NCBI GenBank assembly: GCA_963736355.1
Contig: CAVTOO010000002.1
Span: forward strand, 257,146-321,145
DNA from: an uncultured Alphaproteobacteria bacterium
Lineage (GTDB): Bacteria > Pseudomonadota > Alphaproteobacteria > Rhizobiales > Xanthobacteraceae
Direction: 5' to 3'
DNA: 64,000 nucleotides
Below, piece after piece: positions 10,687 to 20,778 of the stretch. The notes under the pieces are model-generated. The model saw only the letters and a list, made by a program, of their open reading frames with translations. It was not told where the DNA came from and did not search any database. Both the position numbers and the translations under genes were made by a program. How positions within the stretch are numbered: position 1 is the first letter of the stretch; each line of letters opens with the position of its first letter.

Positions 10687-11658
10687 ATGAATCATCGATC
10701 TGTTTTGCAGTGTCTGGCGGCAACCGCGATCAGCTTCGGTGCATGGAGTCACGACGCACTCGCTCAGCAATATCCGACGAAGCCCATTCAGATCGTTGTC
10801 CCGTTCGGCGCGGGCGGCGGCACGGATGTTAACGCACGGACGGTCGCCGAAGTCGTGTCGAAAGACCTCGGCCAGACGATCGTCATCGACTCGCGCCCCG
10901 GCGCCAACGGCGCAATCGGCTCCGGCATCGTGGCAAAGGCCGCACCTGACGGCTACACGCTGCTGTTCACTGCCCAGTCCACCTATTCGCTCAATCCAAA
11001 CCTGATGAAGGACCTGCCCTACGATCAGATCAAGGATTTCATCCCGGTGGCGGCGATCAGCGATTCGCCGTGGTATCTGACAGTCGGCGCGGATTCGCCG
11101 TTCAAGACGGTCGATGACATCGTCAAGTTTGCCAGAGCAAACCCGGACCAGCTGACCGCGGCATTCTGGCAATCCACCGTGCTGGTGACGTCAGTCGCCT
11201 TCAGTAAAGTCGCGGGTTTTCAATTGCGCCGCGTTCCGTACAAGGGCGCGACCGAAGCCTACAGCGATCTCGCGGCCGGGCGGCTGCAGATCGCATTCGC
11301 CGACACGAGCGCGGTGCCCATGATCGAATCGAAGCGGCTTCGTGTTCTGGCGACGACGTCCAAGACGCGCTCGGCCCTGTTCCCGGACGTGCCGACGCTC
11401 ACCGAGCTTGGCTATCCGGTTGTTTCAGGATCGGTCGCGGCCGTGTTCGCACCCGCGGGCACGCCCAAGCCGATCGTCGAAAAGCTCCATGCCGCCTTCG
11501 GCAAAGCCGTGAAGGAGTCGAAGATCGTTCAGGACCGCATGAAATCCGTGGGACAGGTGCCGGTGACCATGTCGCTCAGCGAGGTGGATGCATTCGTGAA
11601 AACCGAACTGGTCCGCTGGGAGAAGATGATCGCGGATGCCGGCCTGCAGAAGGAATAG
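10687..11658 (+). CDS. Bug-family (TctC-like) substrate-binding protein
   Basis: 323 aa with a signal peptide, then AQQYPTKPIQIVVPFGAGGGTD, and PYKGATEA. Confidence 0.9.
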   Translation: MNHRSVLQCLAATAISFGAWSHDALAQQYPTKPIQIVVPFGAGGGTDVNARTVAEVVSKDLGQTIVIDSRPGANGAIGSGIVAKAAPDGYTLLFTAQSTYSLNPNLMKDLPYDQIKDFIPVAAISDSPWYLTVGADSPFKTVDDIVKFARANPDQLTAAFWQSTVLVTSVAFSKVAGFQLRRVPYKGATEAYSDLAAGRLQIAFADTSAVPMIESKRLRVLATTSKTRSALFPDVPTLTELGYPVVSGSVAAVFAPAGTPKPIVEKLHAAFGKAVKESKIVQDRMKSVGQVPVTMSLSEVDAFVKTELVRWEKMIADAGLQKE

Positions 11659-11733
11659 CTCTTTTCGGGGTTACCGGTAGCGGACCGACTGACGGATTTG
11701 AACCTTCCGCCGTCCTGACGCGACAGAGATGAT

Positions 11734-11761
11734 GAAGGGTCGGGCCGTCGCCCGACCCTTC
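11734..11761 (+). terminator. perfect 12-bp stem hairpin downstream of the Bug gene (no U-tract)
   Basis: The sequence is GAAGGGTCGGGC-cgtc-GCCCGACCCTTC. Confidence 0.35.
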
Positions 11762-11834
11762 GCATCTGCGCGCCGTCACCAAGACCTGACACCACGACCC
11801 GGCGCGCATCACCAGACATTTTGGGGGCACTCGC

Positions 11835-12191
11835 ATGTTGTCACGCAGAAAAATGATGTTCGGCGCCGTATCGATTCTGACCCTGGCGGGCACGCAGATC
11901 GCGGCCGCCCAGGACGCCAAGGTCAGCCTGTTCAAGGTGATCACGGTCAAGGACGAGATCATCATCGGACTGACCGCCGATGAGCTCAAGGCGCTCGGCG
12001 GCACCGACGCCAGCGCGGTGGCGCGGGCCCTGGCGCAGAAGGGCGACCTCGCGGCCTGGCAGTACAATGTGCGCCGCGGCGCCAATGGCGACATGCAGCA
12101 GGCCCCGACGGCCAAGGTCGGCCTGCTCGCCAATGCCTCGCTGCGTGTCGAACCCTACACGACGCCTTACGCGATCCTGCCGCATCAGTAA
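11835..12191 (+). CDS. small exported hypothetical protein
   Basis: 118 aa with a signal peptide (MLSRRKMMFGAVSILTLAGTQIAAAQD). The third-position GC is good. I recognise no family. Confidence 0.6.
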   Translation: MLSRRKMMFGAVSILTLAGTQIAAAQDAKVSLFKVITVKDEIIIGLTADELKALGGTDASAVARALAQKGDLAAWQYNVRRGANGDMQQAPTAKVGLLANASLRVEPYTTPYAILPHQ

Positions 12192-12380
12192 GCCGCACGG
12201 CGGCGTAAGCCTGATCTCGCCGGCGGCGGCTGACCCGGTCGCTGCCGCCGGCTGATCAAGCATGCATTGACGAAACAACCCCGAATCTCGCATCAAGGGC
12301 CGTTGTCGGGCCCCCGACGAATCGGCCGGCGCAGATCGCGCCGTTCGTCATTGCACAGCCATCCCGCGAAGTAGATTTCG

Positions 12381-12630
12381 ATGTCGCATCCGCGCCTGTA
12401 TCCCCGCGTCCGGCCAGGCGGCCAGATGAGTGCCGAGGCCAAGATCTTCGTGACGGGCAAACCAGCGGCGATCACCTGCAAGGTCGTCGATTATTCCAAG
12501 GGCGGCGCATGCCTCGAGCTGTTCCCGATGGTGCCGCTGCCGGAGCGATTTCGAACTCGTCCATAGCAATGTGCGCAAGCAGTGCCGCATCGTCTGGCGC
12601 CGCGGCGTTCGCATCGGCGTGGCGTTCTGA
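12381..12630 (+). pseudogene. PilZ-domain protein, frameshifted
   Basis: Frame 1 reads ...AAITCKVVDYSKGGACLELFPMVPLPERF. A 1-nt shift at about 12552 then gives ELVHSNVRKQCRIVWRRGVRIGVAF*, a typical PilZ C-terminus. Confidence 0.6.
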
Positions 12631-12888
12631 TTGCAAACGCTCATTGAGCGTGTGGCCGGCCACCTCGATCATCATGCTCACGAGCCTGCCGATTGCGCTG
12701 TGGGGCATCGTCGAGCTCGGCATTTTGCCGGGCACCAAGGGACCGAACCTGTTCGGCGACGATCCGACAGCAACTTAAGAGCGGACAGTTGCATCAGCCA
12801 GATGCATCGGCAATCTGGGCGACAATTTGACAGGCCGTGTTGCGTTCGTACACTCCCGGAAAAGCTCTGAACAAATGGGAGAAACGCA

Positions 12889-13859
12889 ATGGTCGCCAAA
12901 AGCCTTGTCGCGCTGGTGTTCGCCGCGCTCACCTTTTCGTCACATCCTGCCGCGGCCCAGGCGGACTATCCCAACAAACCGATCCGCCTGGTCGTTGGAT
13001 ATGGACCCGGCGCCGTCAATGATCTGGTGGCACGTTTCATCGCAGAGCACGTCGGAAGCGTGCTCGGTCACCGCATGGTCGTGGAGAACAGACCGGGTGC
13101 AAACACCGCACTCGCAACGCGTCTCGTCCTCAACGAGAAGCCCGACGGATACACGCTGTTGTTCAACAACTTGACGCTTGCGTATAATTTGCATGCCTTC
13201 AAGGAGCCCGGATACAAGCTCGATGACTTCATCACCATCGGCGCTTATGGCTATTCGGGCTACACGTTGTTCGTGAACACCAAGTCGTCGGGCGCGAAGA
13301 ACGTCGAGGAGTTCATCGCTTACGGCCGGGCCAATCCCGGAACGCTGACGGTTGGCTCTACCGGAGTCGGCAGCGCGACGTCGCTCGTGTCGAGCCGTTT
13401 CGAACTCGATGACAAAGATCGGCTGGCGTGAGAATTCCCTTCAAGAGCGCCAACGATGCCGTGCAGGCCGTGGTGTCGGGCACGATCGACGCTTTTGTGG
13501 CGTCGCCCAGCACAGCTCTTGCGTCAATGAATTCCCCGAACATCAAGGTGTTCGCGGTCTCGGGCGATGTGCGCAGCCCAATATTGCCGGACGTGCCGAC
13601 CTATTCGGAAATCGGCTATCCGATCAACGACAGCATCTCGCTTGGCGTGTTTGCGCACAAGAATACGCCCCCTGAGATCGTCGAAAAGCTTCGCAAGGCG
13701 ATGGAAGACGCCAAGAAAAACGACGACAATCGCGCGAGGTTGGAAAAGGCCGGCGTGCAGCTCTATCGCGGCGACTGGCAGCACTTCAACAATCGCCTGA
13801 AAACCGACGGCGACATCTTTCTTGCCGACATGAAGCGGCTCGGGATCGAGCCGGAGTGA
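12889..13859 (+). pseudogene. Bug-family (TctC-like) substrate-binding protein, two frameshifts
   Basis: ORFs 12889..13431 and 13428..13859 are the two halves of one Bug protein. The junction RFEL/MTKIGWRE/IPFKSAND needs two +1 shifts, at about 13409 and about 13431. Confidence 0.8.
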
Positions 13860-13926
13860 GCGCGCGACACCTCATGACGTAAAAGCATGGAGAATGCGCC
13901 GGACGACCGGCGCATTCCTCTCATTG

Positions 13927-15303
13927 CTATGCCGTCAGGCGCTTCATCAGCGGCGCGATGTCGCCCACCTTTTCAAGGTTGAGGAACGTGTCGATGGCTT
14001 CGTCGACGACAGCGGCCGGCAAGATGTCGCCAACATTGGCGCGAAACTTGGCGACATAGCCATCGACACCGAGCGGATTGCGTCGCGTGCCGCGAAAGTC
14101 CGTGATCTCGTGTATCAGCTCGCGGCCATCTTTCATGCGGACCACGACCTTGGCGCGTGAACGCAGCAGATCTGTTGCATCAGTATCAGGCAAGGCTTTC
14201 ACCTTGGCCGCCAGACCATTGATGACCGGGTCGCGAATGGTCTCTTCCGAATAGGCGTATTTATCCATCTTGCCCTTCACCAACGCTTCCGCGATCGTGT
14301 GGTAAAGGCTGATACGACCGTGCCATGTCGTGAGCGGCTTGATCTTCAGCTCACGCGGCTCGCACAGAGTCTTCATTTTCTGCGCCAGGATATAGGCGTC
14401 AATCTCAACGACGTCCTCTGCCTTGATGTCGTACTTGTTACGCAGCTCGATGGCCGCCTCGATATGCGGCATCAAGGGGTAAGCGACTGGATACTGCTTC
14501 GACGCGATCTCCAGAACCAGCCAGTCCAGGCCAAGTTCGGATGTCACGCGCTCGTAGCGGCGCTCGTCATTCGTTTGCACATGGGCACGATACCAGCCAA
14601 ATTTTCCCTCAAAGACGCCCGTCGGCCCGGTGATGCCCTTCTCAGCCAGTGCTGCTGCACGGAATGCGTTTGCGGCAGCGAAGCCGACATGAAGATTTTT
14701 GGTCGACGTACCGTCCTCGAAGGCTGCGGTCAGCGCGCTTGCCATTGAGCCCGCATGGCCGAACCCCCGGACAATCGCCGCATTGTCCATGCTGCGAAGT
14801 TTGGCGAGCGCCGTGACGCCGCCGAACGCGCCGAACGCGCCGGTGGGATGAATGCCGTAGCTGAACCAGTCCTGCGGGGAGACGATCGACAACCGGATCA
14901 TGGCTTCGCTGGCCAGCAGCACCAACTCGATCAGCGCAGAACCCGACACTTTGCGGCGCTGGGCTTCGGGGTAACACACCGACAGAGCGAGACCAGTCGC
15001 ATGCATGGTCGTCGGCAGGTAGGTGTCATCGAATTCAAGGGCAGACGCGGCGATGCCGTTGAGAAATGCAGCGGTCGTGACGGACGTGGGCTGATTAACG
15101 CCCAGTTGCGTGGCCCCTGTGCCGGGGTCAACGTCGGTCCATGCGCTGCGGGCGGATCGAACGATGTCCAGATCTTTCGACGCCAGCATCACTCCGGTGA
15201 GATCCAATACGCGCAATTTGGTGTTCTGCACGACCTCCGCGGGAAGATCCGCAAGCCTGGTCCGAACGATCCAGTCGGCCAGCTGAGATGAAATCGTCGC
15301 CAT
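13927..15303 (-). CDS. MmgE/PrpD family protein (2-methylcitrate dehydratase-like)
   Basis: 458 aa. The N-terminus MATISSQLADWIVRTRLADLPAEVVQNTKLRVLD, the length and the architecture are typical of MmgE/PrpD. Confidence 0.85.
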   Translation of the reverse strand: MATISSQLADWIVRTRLADLPAEVVQNTKLRVLDLTGVMLASKDLDIVRSARSAWTDVDPGTGATQLGVNQPTSVTTAAFLNGIAASALEFDDTYLPTTMHATGLALSVCYPEAQRRKVSGSALIELVLLASEAMIRLSIVSPQDWFSYGIHPTGAFGAFGGVTALAKLRSMDNAAIVRGFGHAGSMASALTAAFEDGTSTKNLHVGFAAANAFRAAALAEKGITGPTGVFEGKFGWYRAHVQTNDERRYERVTSELGLDWLVLEIASKQYPVAYPLMPHIEAAIELRNKYDIKAEDVVEIDAYILAQKMKTLCEPRELKIKPLTTWHGRISLYHTIAEALVKGKMDKYAYSEETIRDPVINGLAAKVKALPDTDATDLLRSRAKVVVRMKDGRELIHEITDFRGTRRNPLGVDGYVAKFRANVGDILPAAVVDEAIDTFLNLEKVGDIAPLMKRLTA

Positions 15304-15587
15304 ATGTTCTTTCCCCGGTTATTCGCAGTCCGTCGCGCGCAGCCGTTCGGATGAATGCGGACGAGCCAGCATGGCGCTTTATCAGCGAGGGTCCAAGAAA
15401 CCAAAAAGCAGAATGGTTTCAAGTGGCAATTTCGTTGAACCGCTCTGCGCGAACAATTCGCTGCACCTGCTTTGTCGCCTTGCTGTCAAATGCGGGCCAT
15501 TGAATTCGATGCACCGATGATCGAACATGCCGTCGAATTGTTCCGCGCGAACAAGGCGGACATAAAAACAATCAGGGGTGGAATCCG

Positions 15588-16657
15588 ATGACAAAATCCA
15601 GCGCTCTCAAAATGCCGACGCAGCTTCTGGCCCTGCTCGGCGGTTTGCTGCTTGGCACTGCCGGGACGGCAGACAATGCCCACGCGCAGAAATTCTCCGA
15701 CCTTAAAGATAGCAACCCGCCTTTGACGCTGAAGGCGCAAGGCAGCTTTTACGTCGGCGGCGACTTTTTCTTTTCCGACCAGCTGGGACCAGACCGGACC
15801 GGCAACAGCGTGATCGGCCAGATGTATGTGCGCTACATGGTGCCTCAGACCGTGAGCAATCTGCCCATCGTCCTGCTTCACGGCGGCGGCCTCAGCGGAA
15901 AAAATTATGAGACGCAGCCCGATGGCCGCATGGGCTGGGACGAATATTTTCTGCGCAAGGGCAGCGCGACCTATGTCGTCGACCAGGCGGGACGCGGGCG
16001 TTCGTCAAACGACATTTCGCTGTTCAACAAGGTTCGTACCGGAGCAGAGCCGCCGAACAAGCTTCCCGGTGATGCAGCGCACCAGCAACGAGACCGCATG
16101 GACGCTGTTCAGGTTCGGGCCCAAAATGGGAGAGCCATTTTCGAACACGCAGTTCCCCGTCGAAGCTCTGAACGAGTTCGCCAAGCAGCAGATCACGACG
16201 CTCAATGCGAATGCTTCCGCAGCCGGACCCAAATTTCAAGGCGCTCGCCGAACTCGGCAATAACCTCAAAGGCGCGGTCATCATCAGCCACTCTCAATCC
16301 GGGCGGTTTCCGCTCGAAGCTGCGCTGATCGACGCAAGCGGCATCAAGGGCGTGGTGGCCATCGAGCCCGCAGGCGGCTGTAACTCCACCACCTACACGA
16401 ATGATCAGGTCGCGAAGCTCGCGCAGACTCCGATCCTTGTCGTCTTTGGCGACCATCTCGACGCTGTCCCAATCTGGAAGAACAGTTACGCGGATTGCCT
16501 CGCCTTCGTCGACAGGCTGAAAAAGGCCGGCGGCAAGACAAGCATGCTGCATCCTCCCGCACTCGGCATTTTCGGAAACAGCCACATGCTGATGAACGAC
16601 AAAAACAGCGACGCCATTGCCGACCTCATCCTCAAATGGATGAAGGAAACCCTCTAG
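15588..16657 (+). pseudogene. secreted alpha/beta hydrolase (esterase), two frameshifts
   Basis: Three frame segments join up. They are 15588.. (signal peptide, PIVLLHGGGLSGKNYE), 15907..16263 (TAWTLFRFGPKMGEPFSNTQFP) and 16205..16657 (VIISHSQSGRF nucleophile elbow). The shifts lie at about 16065 and about 16214. Confidence 0.75.
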
Positions 16658-16899
16658 GAGGGTGGCGCATTACTGCATCGCAGCGACGAAAGTCACGATG
16701 CGACCACGAGCCCGCTTGACCCGCCGCCGCGGATTTGCCTGACTGCGCCCGATTGATGCGGCGCGATCTCAGCTTGTGATTCCCTCGCGGATCTGAATCA
16801 CAGCCCGAGGGTTTGAGGCGGCAGCGCCTCGACGCATCCGAAAATTTTCACTGCCGGTTTCAAAAACCGAACGTCACAAAAAGTATTCAGGGAGGCTTC

Positions 16900-17886
16900 A
16901 TGTTGAATCGGTTCATTTTCGCCGCGGCCGCGATCGTCACGGGCCTTTCAGCGTTTCAGACACCGGCCACGGCACAGACGTCCTATCCCGACCAGTCGAT
17001 TCGCCTGCTTGTCTCCTTTGCACCGGGTGGCGGCACCGATCTCACCGCACGCATTGCCGCTGAAGATCTGACCAAGCGCCTGGGCAAGCCGGTTCTCGTC
17101 GAGAACAAGCCGGGCGCGCAAACCGCGGTCGCGCTCGAGCTGCTCTCGAAAGCGAAGAACGACGGCTACACCTTCCTTTGGACGACGTCGGACGGGATGG
17201 CGATCTTGCGCGCGCTGCGCAGCAATCTCTCCTTCAACTTCGACAAGGATTTCGAATTCGTCGCCACGACGATGAGATATTCGCTGGTGCTTGCGGCGAA
17301 CCCGAAGTTGCCGTTCAAGACGATGGCCGAGATGGTCGCGTACGGAAAAGCCAATCCGGGCAAGCTCACCTATTCCACGTCCGGTATCAGCGGAGAGCTT
17401 GCCGCCGCGCTGATCCTGAAGGCGGTCGGCGTGCAGGCCGTGCAGATCCCTTATGGCGGATCGGCGCCCGCCGCCGCTGCAGCGGTCAACGGCACCACCG
17501 ACATGGTGATCGCAGCGCCGGCCTCCACCCAGGATCACATCGCCTCCGGCTCGCTGCGCCCCATCGTCATCACCGACGTTGCACGCAACCCGCGGTTTCC
17601 CGACACGCCGACGCTGATGGATGCCGGCATTCCAGACCTGAAGAATGTCTCGATCCTGCTTTACAACGGCGTGCTTGCGCCCGCCGGCACGCCCGCGCCC
17701 ATTCTCGAGCGCTGGAGAACCGAGATTTAGGCCATGCTCAAAGACCCCGCCGTGATCGAGCGCCTCGGGCGCATCAATTACGAGGTCTCCTATCTCGGTG
17801 GAGCCGACTTCAAGAACTCGCTGATCGCCGATTCCGATCGCTGGAAGGAAGTCGCGCGCTCGAACAATATCAAGCTGGCGGAATAG
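16900..17886 (+). pseudogene. Bug-family (TctC-like) substrate-binding protein with in-frame TAG
   Basis: The ATG at 16900 follows GGGAGG. The same frame continues across TAG 17728-17730 into AMLKDPAVIERLGRINYEVSYLGGADFKNSLIADSDRWKEVARSNNIKLAE*, which is homologous to the C-termini of the other Bug paralogs. Confidence 0.75.
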
Positions 17887-17934
17887 GCGGCACACATCGA
17901 CGGGCGTCGCGTCGTCAGGCGTGAGATCGACCGT

Positions 17935-19383
17935 TCAGTTGACCAGCGCTTCGATCTGCGACTTCTCGCGATCCAGCATATCCAGCAACGGCGCAATGTG
18001 CGGGGGGCGATCACCACGGCCCGCATACGGCACGGCTCTGCGGACGAAGTCATAAAGCTTCCTGGTGGTCTGGCCGAGCTGCGTGACCTTTCGCAGATCG
18101 ACGGCTTGCGCCGCGACCATCAGCTCCATCGCGAAAATCGACCGGCACAGCGTTGCCAGCTCGGCGGCGCGCCGCGCCGCCAGACCCGCCATGCTCACGC
18201 GATCCATGTTTCCATTTGAATGGCTGGAGCTCGGCAGTTCGGTGACGACCGGCGCGACCAGAAGCCGGGCCTCGGAGGTGATCGACTTGTGAAACTGCGC
18301 AACGCCGTTGAACCCCGGCAGCCCCACGCCATCCTCTTCCATCAGTCCGATGCTCAATCCGGACCAGAACGAATCCACCTGCTTGGCCAATCGCTCGGCC
18401 GACGATGTGACGACCGGCGAAAACGCCAGTCGCGCGACGTCAAGCGCCATCGACAAGGCGACCATATCGAAGTTGGCCACGGACACGAGCTTGTCGCTGT
18501 CGACGGAGACGATCGGATTGTTCTGACTGGCCTTCAGTTCGATTTCGATCTGGCCGGCCGCAAAGCCGAGGCTATCGGCAGCGGCGCCATGAATGAGCGG
18601 AAGCGATCTGAAGCAGAGAGGGTCCTGCAGGAATTGCGGTCCGCCGGTCGCGTTGAGATAGCTACCCGTGAGGTAGCTTCGGATTTTCTCGCCATGCAGC
18701 TTGAGCCCGGGGAACGGCCGGGACGCAATCGCCTCGGGCGACACGATGGAGGGGTTGGCTCCAAATCCTTCCATGCTCAGCGCGCCGACGAGGGTCGAAA
18801 ACTTGAGCAGGTTGGTCAGGTCGTAGATCGCCAAGGCCGCCGTCCCCAGCGACAGCGCGCTCGAGTTGACCAGCGAGAGCGCTTCGCCCGCGGCAAGTTC
18901 AATGTCGCCATAGAGCCCGAGTGCGAGGTCGGAGACCGGCGACATGTCGCTCTCGCCCATCGACCCCCAGATGTGAACCTTGATGTCCTTGTCCGAGTTG
19001 AGCGCTTCGACCAGACGATCGGCAAGCAGCGGGCGCACCCCGAGATATCCGCTGGCCATGGCGCTCAGCAAAACAGTCATCATGGCGCGGACGACTTCCT
19101 TGGGCGCGACCGGCCCGTGACCGACATTGTGAGTGAGGATCAGCCGCCGGTTGAACTCGACGATCTTGTCGGCGCTCAAGACGATGCCGGTTTTCGCACC
19201 GACACTGGTCGTCAGGCCGTAGACCTTGATGCCCTTCTCAACGGTGCGATCCACGACCGCGCGCGCCGCCTCCATGCGCGCACGTCCTTCCCGCGAAAGC
19301 TCCACGCGATGCCCGTAACGTGCAATGCGCGCAACCGCCTCGGCGGTCGTATCGAGACCGGTAATCTGCACTGTGGGCTGCAC
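17935..19383 (-). CDS. aromatic amino acid ammonia-lyase (HAL/PAL) family protein, divergent (no Ala-Ser-Gly MIO triad)
   Basis: 482 aa with family-wide collinearity (YGLTTSVGAKTG, FLQDPLCFRSLPLIHGAA, QNNPIV, ANFDMVAL). GSMGESDMSPV stands where the canonical GSVGASGDLAPL occurs. Confidence 0.75.
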   Translation of the reverse strand: MQPTVQITGLDTTAEAVARIARYGHRVELSREGRARMEAARAVVDRTVEKGIKVYGLTTSVGAKTGIVLSADKIVEFNRRLILTHNVGHGPVAPKEVVRAMMTVLLSAMASGYLGVRPLLADRLVEALNSDKDIKVHIWGSMGESDMSPVSDLALGLYGDIELAAGEALSLVNSSALSLGTAALAIYDLTNLLKFSTLVGALSMEGFGANPSIVSPEAIASRPFPGLKLHGEKIRSYLTGSYLNATGGPQFLQDPLCFRSLPLIHGAAADSLGFAAGQIEIELKASQNNPIVSVDSDKLVSVANFDMVALSMALDVARLAFSPVVTSSAERLAKQVDSFWSGLSIGLMEEDGVGLPGFNGVAQFHKSITSEARLLVAPVVTELPSSSHSNGNMDRVSMAGLAARRAAELATLCRSIFAMELMVAAQAVDLRKVTQLGQTTRKLYDFVRRAVPYAGRGDRPPHIAPLLDMLDREKSQIEALVN

Positions 19384-19657
19384 GTGAGCGCTCCTGTTGA
19401 TTGGATTTCTGTAGAAGTTTTTAATTCCCGGCCGGCACGTCCACGAACATCCCTTATCGCTCTACATTGCGCCTGATGATGTCAAGATGCGCCATGCCGT
19501 TTGGCATTGCGAAATCGGCTCCGATGGTTCCCCCAAGCTTTTTCTCGACTTCCATAATTGACAGCCTCGCGACAATCTGTCGGAACGAAGGGCTTCTTCA
19601 GCCCTGCAATTCGTGCGAAACTTCGGCACGAAGCTCCACATTTTCAGGAGAGACGGC

Positions 19658-20695
19658 TTGATCAAAATCAGCTCACTCGTTGCGACTGCCGCCATCGCGT
19701 TGTCACTGACAGGGCTGACCCATCGCGCCAGCGCGGCGGATTTAGCGCTCATCGAGGCGGCAAAGAAAGAAGGGGTCGTGACCTACTACACGACGCGGCT
19801 TATTTCGTCGATGAATGCGCTGTCGAAGGCCTTCGAGACAAAGTACGGGGTCAAGGTCGAAGCTTCGCGCCACACCAACGAGGATCTCGTTACAAAAATT
19901 ATCAACGAGTCCAAGGCTGGCCGGCCGAGCGCTGATGTGTTCGATGGATCGTCCGGTATCACCCAGCTGATGGATGCCGGACTGGTCGTGCAATACAAGC
20001 CGAAGGAAGCTGAAAAATACGACGGTGACTATAAGGATGCGAACGGCAACTGGACCGCCGTCAATCTTTATGTCGCAGGGCTGGCCTACAATACCGATCT
20101 CGTGAAGGGAGCAGATATCCCGAAGAAGATCGATGATTTGCTCGATCCAAAATGGTCCGGCCGCAAAATTGCGTACACCATGCAGTACACGGTTTCTGGA
20201 ATTAACGGGTTCTTCGGCGCGCTCGAGAAGGAACGCGGCACGGAGAAGGCCCGCGATTTTATTGATAAGTTGCACAAGAATGGTGCCGTCGCGCAGAACG
20301 TGACACCTGCCGGTACCGCGGATGCAATCGCCTCAGGCCAGTTCGCCTTCTGCATCGGCTGCAACAACAACCATATCGACGAATACAAGAAGAAGGGCGC
20401 GCCTGTCGAATTCAGCAACATTCAGCCGCTCGTTGCCTTTTTCAGTGCTGCAGGCATTACCAAGGCCGCACCCCATCCGAACGCGGCCAGACTCTTCGTG
20501 GAGTTCATGACATCTGAAGAAGGGCAGAAAGTGCTCGAAGCGTCGAACTACGTTTCAGTCCGTCCGGACATGAAGTCGAACTTCACGAGCCTGAAGCCAG
20601 GTGCATCGACCTTCAGTGCCTTTGTCGTGACACCAGAAATCGTGGCGACCGACCTGCCCCGCTGGAGTCAGATCCAGAACGAGGTCAGGCGATAG
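19658..20695 (+). CDS. ABC transporter periplasmic substrate-binding protein (family 1, Fe3+/polyamine-like), orphan
   Basis: ORF 19613..20695. The TTG at 19658 follows AGGAGAG, and a signal peptide ends in HRASAAD. No permease or ATPase gene is adjacent. Confidence 0.7.
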   Translation: MIKISSLVATAAIALSLTGLTHRASAADLALIEAAKKEGVVTYYTTRLISSMNALSKAFETKYGVKVEASRHTNEDLVTKIINESKAGRPSADVFDGSSGITQLMDAGLVVQYKPKEAEKYDGDYKDANGNWTAVNLYVAGLAYNTDLVKGADIPKKIDDLLDPKWSGRKIAYTMQYTVSGINGFFGALEKERGTEKARDFIDKLHKNGAVAQNVTPAGTADAIASGQFAFCIGCNNNHIDEYKKKGAPVEFSNIQPLVAFFSAAGITKAAPHPNAARLFVEFMTSEEGQKVLEASNYVSVRPDMKSNFTSLKPGASTFSAFVVTPEIVATDLPRWSQIQNEVRR

Positions 20696-20732
20696 GCTGC
20701 CGCTGCCAGTCCTGCTCAGTAATTCAATTCTG

Positions 20733-20778
20733 TGGTGGGCCGCCTGGACTCGAACCAGGAACCAGACCGTTATGAGCG
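20733..20778 (-). repeat. direct repeat copy 1: 3' ~46 nt of the tRNA(CAU) gene (att-like island boundary)
   Basis: TGGTGGGCCGCCTGGACTCGAACCAGGAACCAGACCGTTATGAGCG matches 29607-29653, apart from one missing C. Confidence 0.85.

Noticed and set aside
12631-12870. 79-aa ORF and other short ORFs between the PilZ pseudogene and the Bug pseudogene
   Set aside because: They show no family resemblance, have poor third-position GC, and overlap the DUF805-like stub frame.
17728-17730. TAG as pyrrolysine or programmed readthrough
   Set aside because: There is no pyl gene context and no PYLIS-like rationale in an alphaproteobacterium. A nonsense mutation or a base-call error in a redundant paralog is far more parsimonious.
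18220-19476. 418-aa plus-strand ORF opposite the HAL-like gene, and similar long antisense ORFs (4734..5828, 16948..17895, 38406..39728, 40404..41891, 46510..47997, 48278..49735, 53089..54312, 57901..58755)
   Set aside because: All of them overlap genes with clear family signatures on the other strand. They are Arg/Gly/Asp-rich and low-complexity. This is the shadow-frame effect of GC3-rich coding DNA.
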